From assembly GCF_003231495.1 (NCBI RefSeq), contig NZ_PQWO01000002.1, positions 180,001-212,000 of the forward strand: a DNA stretch of 32,000 nucleotides, written 5' to 3'. This DNA comes from Acaryochloris thomasi RCC1774. Its GTDB lineage: Bacteria > Cyanobacteriota > Cyanobacteriia > Thermosynechococcales > Thermosynechococcaceae. The notes under the pieces are model-generated. The model was not told where the DNA came from and searched no databases. It was given only the letters and a program-made list of their open reading frames with translations. The position numbers and the translations under genes are program-made. This document shows, in pieces, positions 27,407-32,000 of this stretch (position 1 is its first letter; every line of letters starts with the position of its first letter).

Positions 27407-28840
27407 TTAACCTTCTTGAGCGAGGGTCGGCAACTGCTCAATCGACTCGGCCAGCAGAGCGGCTTGCTCCGTAATTTGGCTTGTCAGGGTCGCGACTTCC
27501 ACCATCGTTTGGCTGGCGGTTGTGGAGGTCTGAGTTTGCTGGGTTGCGGTTTCTAGGGCTTGCTCAGAGACCGTTTCTAGCTGCTGTGACAGCATGACAA
27601 TCTGGCTGAGCTGCTGCTGGGCCACAACCATTAAAGGCTTGCCTGAGCTGGCTTGCTGCTGGCCCAGAGTCATCTTGGCTGCGGCTGTCTGAACATCGGT
27701 TTTCAGATCGATTAGGAGTGAATCGACTTCTGTAATGCCTTCATCAAGCTGCCGGACTAGGGCGTGGAGGCCTTCGCCGATGTTAGCAAATCCTTCGCCC
27801 GCCTCACCGATGCGGGCGGCCTCTAGAGCTGCGTTCATGGCCTTTAACTTGATGTTGGAGGAGAGATTGCCGATATGGTTCAGCAGCTGGTCGAGCCGCT
27901 CCATGGGCTGGTTTAAGTTCTGAACTTTGGTAGCGGCCTCAATGAGTGAGACCCACATGGAGGCGTGGTGATCTTTAATTTGCGTCACCGTTTGTTCTCC
28001 GACTTGAGCGGCCTGGCTGACGGACTGCCCGTGCTGAATATATTGGTGTACGCTCGATAGCGTTTCTTGGGCCGTGTGGGTTAATTCAGTGAGGTGACGA
28101 TAGACGGTATCGACGGATTTGGTTTGATCAAAGGCTGTGGTCGATAGATTCTGAACGGTCAGGCGGCTGGTCTCTGCGAGTTGAACAACAGCGTCAGAGA
28201 GAGCCGGGGGAGGGGCTTCGTCAGAGACGATATCGGAGTCAGGCGAGGCTGTGGATGTTCGATTGACGGTAAGGGCCTGTTGCGATCGCACCTTCAAGCT
28301 ATGCACTGCGATCAGGTTCAGATTTGATTCTAAAACCGTGAGTTCATCTTCACCTTTTTCGGGTGCAGAGAGCTGTTCTCCTCGTCCTAACTGCTGGACG
28401 ACGCGGTTTGTGGTCAGCGTCGCCAGCCGCAGGGGTCGCATTGATCGATAGGCTAAGAGGGTTGCGATCGCACCTGCCATCACCGCAACGGCACCGGTCC
28501 CTGTATAGAGCGCTGACTGTTGTTTCTTCAAAACGGCTTGCGCTTGAACTGTGTCCGATGAAGCAACCTGACTCAATTGCTGATAGCCTGTCGTTGCAAT
28601 GGCACCAACCACAAGGGTGGGTAAGACACTGATAGCCAGTGCACTGAAGATAATTTTGTACTTGAAACTCAGTCTGCCGAGAGGCCCATGGGTCCTTTGA
28701 TTGAGGCTGCTGGACGAGCGGCCAGAAAGTGCCGCTTCCCGGCGTGGATTAGCAATATCAGCCACAATCTGCAGCGATGGGGTCTCAGATTGATTATTGG
28801 GCTCAGAAGACGAAGATAGCTGACGCATATCGAGCTGCAT
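27407..28840 (-). CDS. Methyl-accepting chemotaxis protein-like transducer (2 TM, minimal loop, HAMP, divergent signalling domain)
   Basis: TM1 is IIFSALAISVLPTLVVGAIATTGY, the intervening loop is ~28 aa, and TM2 is GTGAVAVMAGAIATLLAY. The HAMP-like segment is RPLRLATLTTNRVVQQLGRGEQLSAPEKGEDELTVLESNLNLIA. The hairpin tip is KAMNAALEAARIGEAGEGFANIGEGLHALV, against the canonical [30 protein letters not shown]. Confidence 0.75.
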   Translation of the reverse strand: MQLDMRQLSSSSEPNNQSETPSLQIVADIANPRREAALSGRSSSSLNQRTHGPLGRLSFKYKIIFSALAISVLPTLVVGAIATTGYQQLSQVASSDTVQAQAVLKKQQSALYTGTGAVAVMAGAIATLLAYRSMRPLRLATLTTNRVVQQLGRGEQLSAPEKGEDELTVLESNLNLIAVHSLKVRSQQALTVNRTSTASPDSDIVSDEAPPPALSDAVVQLAETSRLTVQNLSTTAFDQTKSVDTVYRHLTELTHTAQETLSSVHQYIQHGQSVSQAAQVGEQTVTQIKDHHASMWVSLIEAATKVQNLNQPMERLDQLLNHIGNLSSNIKLKAMNAALEAARIGEAGEGFANIGEGLHALVRQLDEGITEVDSLLIDLKTDVQTAAAKMTLGQQQASSGKPLMVVAQQQLSQIVMLSQQLETVSEQALETATQQTQTSTTASQTMVEVATLTSQITEQAALLAESIEQLPTLAQEG

Positions 28841-29188
28841 TAAATATTAATCGAACGGAACGACCGCTATCCCAAAAACAGCCGCTTTTATCGGGATAAA
28901 GCATCAAATATTATGAAGCTATACCAAACATGATTAACTCATCCCCCCGTATTCTGCCAGCCACTGCTTGGCGTAGACAGAAAACGTCATGAGCGATATT
29001 TCTTACGGAATTACCAAGATATCCAAAGCATAAAACCGTATCTGCAGATTAACACAGGAACATAGTGAAAGAAACAGGTTATAAGCTATGTTTCAAGGCG
29101 ACGAGACAGAGTAGGATGTGAAAACGGATAGTCTATTGCGATACACAGGTCCAAGGGGGAGGATCTGAATCTTTAGGACACAGTATTG

Positions 29189-30073
29189 ATGGATCAAGAA
29201 CAGGCGCATGACTCGCGTTCAGCTTTGCTGCAGCGTTGGCTCGATGTATTACATCGCTGGGAAGAAAAGCGATCACAGTACCAAATTGAACTCGATAAAA
29301 CTACTGATGTTGCCCAGCAAGAAGAGTTAAGGCAAGGTATCGAGTCCTGCGAGCAGGTTATTCAGACAAGCCAAGGATTGATTCAGGCCCTCAGCGATCG
29401 ATACCCACAGTCCTCTGTTTCCGGTATCGAACCCCCCACTGAATCATGGCTGCTACCGAGTGTCTCTACATCTACGCCCGCTCCGTCATCAGAATTGCCT
29501 GTCTCTCCTCCCGCGGCTTTTCCGGGCCTTGCCCTGCCTGCACCTGCCTCCCTGATAGAGGCTCAGACTCTACGACCAGCCAGTGAAGAGGCCGCAACCG
29601 CAACGAATTCCCTATCTATTCAGCCGTGGCAGATGCCCCCGCCTGTGACGGCTCACCCGCCCTCAATGGCCAAACGTCTGCTGAAGATCGGTCTACCTTT
29701 GCTGATTCTGGTGGCTGGTGGGTTGGCGATATTTCGGCCTAAAAACGTTTGTAAATTAGCGCCCAACGGTGCCTACAACAGTGCAGGCTTGGCTCTATGG
29801 GTGGAGCAAGCCTTGGCCGAAAGTGAGTATGCCGAGAGTGCTCGCACGGTCTCCATTGCTCAGTTCGGATGCACCATTATTCTGAAAGGGACAGTACCCA
29901 GCGTCGAAGTTAAGCACAATGTGGGTGCTCTAGCTGAGGGGGTCAAGCTGCCGAGTCAAGCGCCCCTCGATCAGATCAAGCGTGCTTTAGGAATGGATGC
30001 TGCAGAGGTCTGGCCGGTTAAGGGGGTGGTGTCGGAATTGAAGGTTGAACGTGCGCCCGATATTGAACCCTGA
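29189..30073 (+). CDS. Single-pass membrane protein: helical N-domain, Pro-rich linker, C-terminal BON-like domain
   Basis: The TM helix is LLKIGLPLLILVAGGLAIF. The C-terminal LALWVEQALAESEYAESARTVSIAQFGCTIILKGTVPSVEVKHNVGALAEGVK...VKGVVSELKV follows the BON pattern (V..aL......i.V.v..G.v.L.G.V.s...k......a....GV..V.n.l.V). The track start is TTG 29186, and an ATG follows at 29189. Confidence 0.55.
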   Translation: MDQEQAHDSRSALLQRWLDVLHRWEEKRSQYQIELDKTTDVAQQEELRQGIESCEQVIQTSQGLIQALSDRYPQSSVSGIEPPTESWLLPSVSTSTPAPSSELPVSPPAAFPGLALPAPASLIEAQTLRPASEEAATATNSLSIQPWQMPPPVTAHPPSMAKRLLKIGLPLLILVAGGLAIFRPKNVCKLAPNGAYNSAGLALWVEQALAESEYAESARTVSIAQFGCTIILKGTVPSVEVKHNVGALAEGVKLPSQAPLDQIKRALGMDAAEVWPVKGVVSELKVERAPDIEP

Positions 30074-30170
30074 ATGGCCGACATTGAGAGGATGGCGTAG
30101 AAGTGCATCCTTGACTTTTGCAGGTGCGTTCGCTCATTCCATATTTAAATATTTATCCCCGACAATCAAT

Positions 30171-31703
30171 ATGTTGAGACCTCAAGTGAGTCACCCTCTA
30201 TTCCGCTACCGTTACTGGGCTATCGCATTTTTGACGCTGCTGCTTTGTTGTCTCGGCACGCTAGATGCTGACCGGCTGGCCGCCATTGCTCAAGAGCCGG
30301 GATTCGCTCAGCGTTTGCGATCGCTTGAGATCGCTCAACAGACCTATCAGGTTAACTTAAATACGGTTTGGGTCTTGCTGACGGGTGCGCTCGTTTTCTT
30401 CATGAACGCGGGATTTGCAATTTTAGAATCTGGACTTTGCCGGAGTAAGAATTCAATTAGTTTGCTGGCCAAGAACCTCATCATATTTTGCTTTTCCACC
30501 GTTGCTTTTTGGGCGATTGGCTTTGGCATTATGTTCGGAGACGGCAACGACTGGATTGGGTTGACCGGCTCTTTTTTGCAAAGCCCTGCAGAGAACAGCC
30601 CGACGGTCGGCCTCAACTATCGCGGAGCCTTCGATTCCCTTAGCGATGCTCAACTGCCTCTGAGCGCCAAGTTCTTCTTTCAGCTTACCTTTGCTGGCGT
30701 TGCAGCCACAATCGTTTCGGGTATTGTGGCGGAGCGGGTCAAGTTTTCGGCCTTTCTCATTTTTGCCTCGTTTCTGGTCAGCTTCTCTTACCCGATCACG
30801 GGCCACTGGGTCTGGGGGAACGGCTGGCTCGCCAAGCTAGGATTTTGGGACTTTGCGGGTTCCACGGTTGTTCATGCTGTCGGGGGCTGTGCCGGCTTTG
30901 TCGGCACACTGATGTTAGGTCCCCGAGTCGGAAAATACAAAGAGATTTCGCAGGCGGAATTTGATGTCTTGCCCCCTCGGATTAAGATGTTGCCCTGGTT
31001 TCGAGAAGCTGATGAGTCCCTCAAGCAAATTTTGCCAGTACCGGCACAAAACTTAGGGTTTGCCACCTTAGGATGCTTCATTCTCTGGCTGGGTTGGTTT
31101 GGCTTCAATGCGGGTTCAACCCTAGAGGCCAACGGGGGGGCAGTCGCCCATATTGTTGTCAATACAATGATGGCTGGAGCTGCAGGCGGTCTAGGCGCCA
31201 TGCTGACCAGCGCACTTTACCTCTCAAAGCCCAGTCTAGCTTTTATGATTAACGGCATCTTGGGAGGGTGCGTGAGCATTACTGCGGGTTGTGCCTATGT
31301 CGCAATTGAGTTCGCAGCCATTATTGGATTTTGTGGTGGCATTATCACGATCCTAACGATGGTTTGGCTTGACAGGCTCTGTGTTGACGATCCGGTTGGG
31401 GGTATACCGGTTCACCTGTGTGGCGGAGTTTGGGGCACTTTGGCGGTGGGACTTTTTAGTGAGGGGCCTTTGGCCTATCCTGAATACGGTATTACGGAAG
31501 GGCCAGGGCTGGGATTATTACTGGGGGGTGGATTTGCGTCCTTCGGTGCTCAGTGTCTGGGTGTTGTGGCCATCTGCGGATTTACTCTGTTATCTAGCTG
31601 GATTGCCTGGAGCCTAGTGGCTAAGCTGCTCAATAATACGCTCCGGGTCTCAATGACTCAGGAACTGAAGGGGCTAGATGATGCCTTTGATGATCCGCTC
31701 TAG
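30171..31703 (+). CDS. amt: Ammonium transporter (Amt family)
   Basis: FFMNAGFAILESGLCRSKN, FQLTFAGVAATIVSGIVAERVKF, DFAGSTVVHAVGG and GWFGFNAGS are Amt/MEP signatures. The ATG at 30171 gives a signal-like N-terminus. The track ORF (TTG 30045) overlaps the upstream gene. Confidence 0.9.
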   Translation: MLRPQVSHPLFRYRYWAIAFLTLLLCCLGTLDADRLAAIAQEPGFAQRLRSLEIAQQTYQVNLNTVWVLLTGALVFFMNAGFAILESGLCRSKNSISLLAKNLIIFCFSTVAFWAIGFGIMFGDGNDWIGLTGSFLQSPAENSPTVGLNYRGAFDSLSDAQLPLSAKFFFQLTFAGVAATIVSGIVAERVKFSAFLIFASFLVSFSYPITGHWVWGNGWLAKLGFWDFAGSTVVHAVGGCAGFVGTLMLGPRVGKYKEISQAEFDVLPPRIKMLPWFREADESLKQILPVPAQNLGFATLGCFILWLGWFGFNAGSTLEANGGAVAHIVVNTMMAGAAGGLGAMLTSALYLSKPSLAFMINGILGGCVSITAGCAYVAIEFAAIIGFCGGIITILTMVWLDRLCVDDPVGGIPVHLCGGVWGTLAVGLFSEGPLAYPEYGITEGPGLGLLLGGGFASFGAQCLGVVAICGFTLLSSWIAWSLVAKLLNNTLRVSMTQELKGLDDAFDDPL

Positions 31704-32000
31704 AGTGTTTGGCCGGCGCTAGATTCGGTCGATAGAGTAATGTTGAGCCGCTCAGCATGGCCCCAAAATGCCTCGAGGTCATAATAGTCTCGCTGCTCTG
31801 GCATCAGAATGTGGGCAATGACATCGCCGTAGTCCAGCACAATCCAGGTGGCCTCTGACTGGCCTTCTTTGCGTAGGGGTTGGCGCTGACACTGCTCTTC
31901 TGCTGCATGCCCCATGGCGGTTGCGATCGCACGGACCTGTGTCCGCGAGAAGCCAGTCACAATCACAAAGTAATCGGCTAAAAAGGAGACTTCATCCACC
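31700..32000 (-). CDS. rsfS: Ribosomal silencing factor RsfS (Iojap family), N-terminus beyond the window
   Basis: SFLADYFVIVTGFSRTQVRAIA......WIVLDYGDVIAHILMPEQRDYYDLEAFWG is the canonical RsfS core. The reading frame stays open to the window edge. Confidence 0.85.
   Translation of the reverse strand, partial: VDEVSFLADYFVIVTGFSRTQVRAIATAMGHAAEEQCQRQPLRKEGQSEATWIVLDYGDVIAHILMPEQRDYYDLEAFWGHAERLNITLSTESSAGQTL

Larger units (their letters stand above)
97..31930. repeat. HIP1 (highly iterated palindrome GCGATCGC) copies dispersed through the window
   Basis: Perfect octamers found by eye start at 97, 1293, 2500, 4538, 9032, 10135, 14147, 15232, 16925, 17209, 19622, 24402, 24791, 25661, 28282, 28464, 30317 and 31923. 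Most sit in the extended form TGCGATCGCA. About 0.5 copies would be expected by chance in 32 kb. Confidence 0.9.

Noticed and set aside
29131-29144. An NtcA-like site, GTC-N8-TAC, upstream of the BON-domain gene and amt.
   Set aside because: It has one mismatch to GTA-N8-TAC and no convincing -10 box at the expected ~22-nt spacing. No GTA-N8-TAC site occurs in the 97-bp gap directly upstream of amt either. This is insufficient to call.
1-32000. Mobile elements, prophage, integrase-flanked island or tRNA-targeted insertion next to tRNA-Asp.
   Set aside because: No transposase, integrase, phage or plasmid genes are present and no direct repeat of the tRNA 3' end was found. The genes flanking the tRNA are ordinary chromosomal genes.

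Overview
This is a cyanobacterial chromosomal segment. The evidence is at least 18 perfect HIP1 octamers (GCGATCGC), the plastid-type ORFs ycf46 and ycf35, and a pilMNOQ cluster with no pilP. About 85% of the window is coding and most of it is housekeeping.

Gene order:
- (+) short sepF-like gene, argG, secreted TPR-CHAT protease-like protein, MlaE-type permease, DUF3119-like, DUF3086-like, plsY, surE-like, small RHH protein, ycf46 (AAA+), ycf35 (DUF1257), Uma2 endonuclease
- (-) gltX, tRNA-Asp(GUC), coiled-coil hypothetical, aldo/keto reductase, APH-type kinase
- (+) pilM-pilN-pilO-pilQ
- (-) tsaC
- (+) larC
- (-) rpmA, rplU, CheW-REC protein, MCP-like protein
- (+) BON-domain membrane protein, amt
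- (-) rsfS (partial)

I saw no transposase, integrase, CRISPR array, cas gene, prophage gene or recognisable defence island.

The best candidate for an uncharacterised system is the two-gene minus-strand operon at 26090-28840. It encodes a sensor-less MCP with a divergent signalling tip, followed by a protein with the domain order of a hybrid CheA (helical N-domain, CheW, REC). That protein lacks the kinase core and has no His in the HPt-like region.

Secondary candidates:
- the RHH / Ycf46 / Ycf35 cluster, which has a 24-bp near-perfect palindrome upstream
- an orphan signal-peptide TPR-CHAT protein
- a BON-domain membrane protein upstream of amt

All family assignments come from motif recognition by eye. 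No searches were run.
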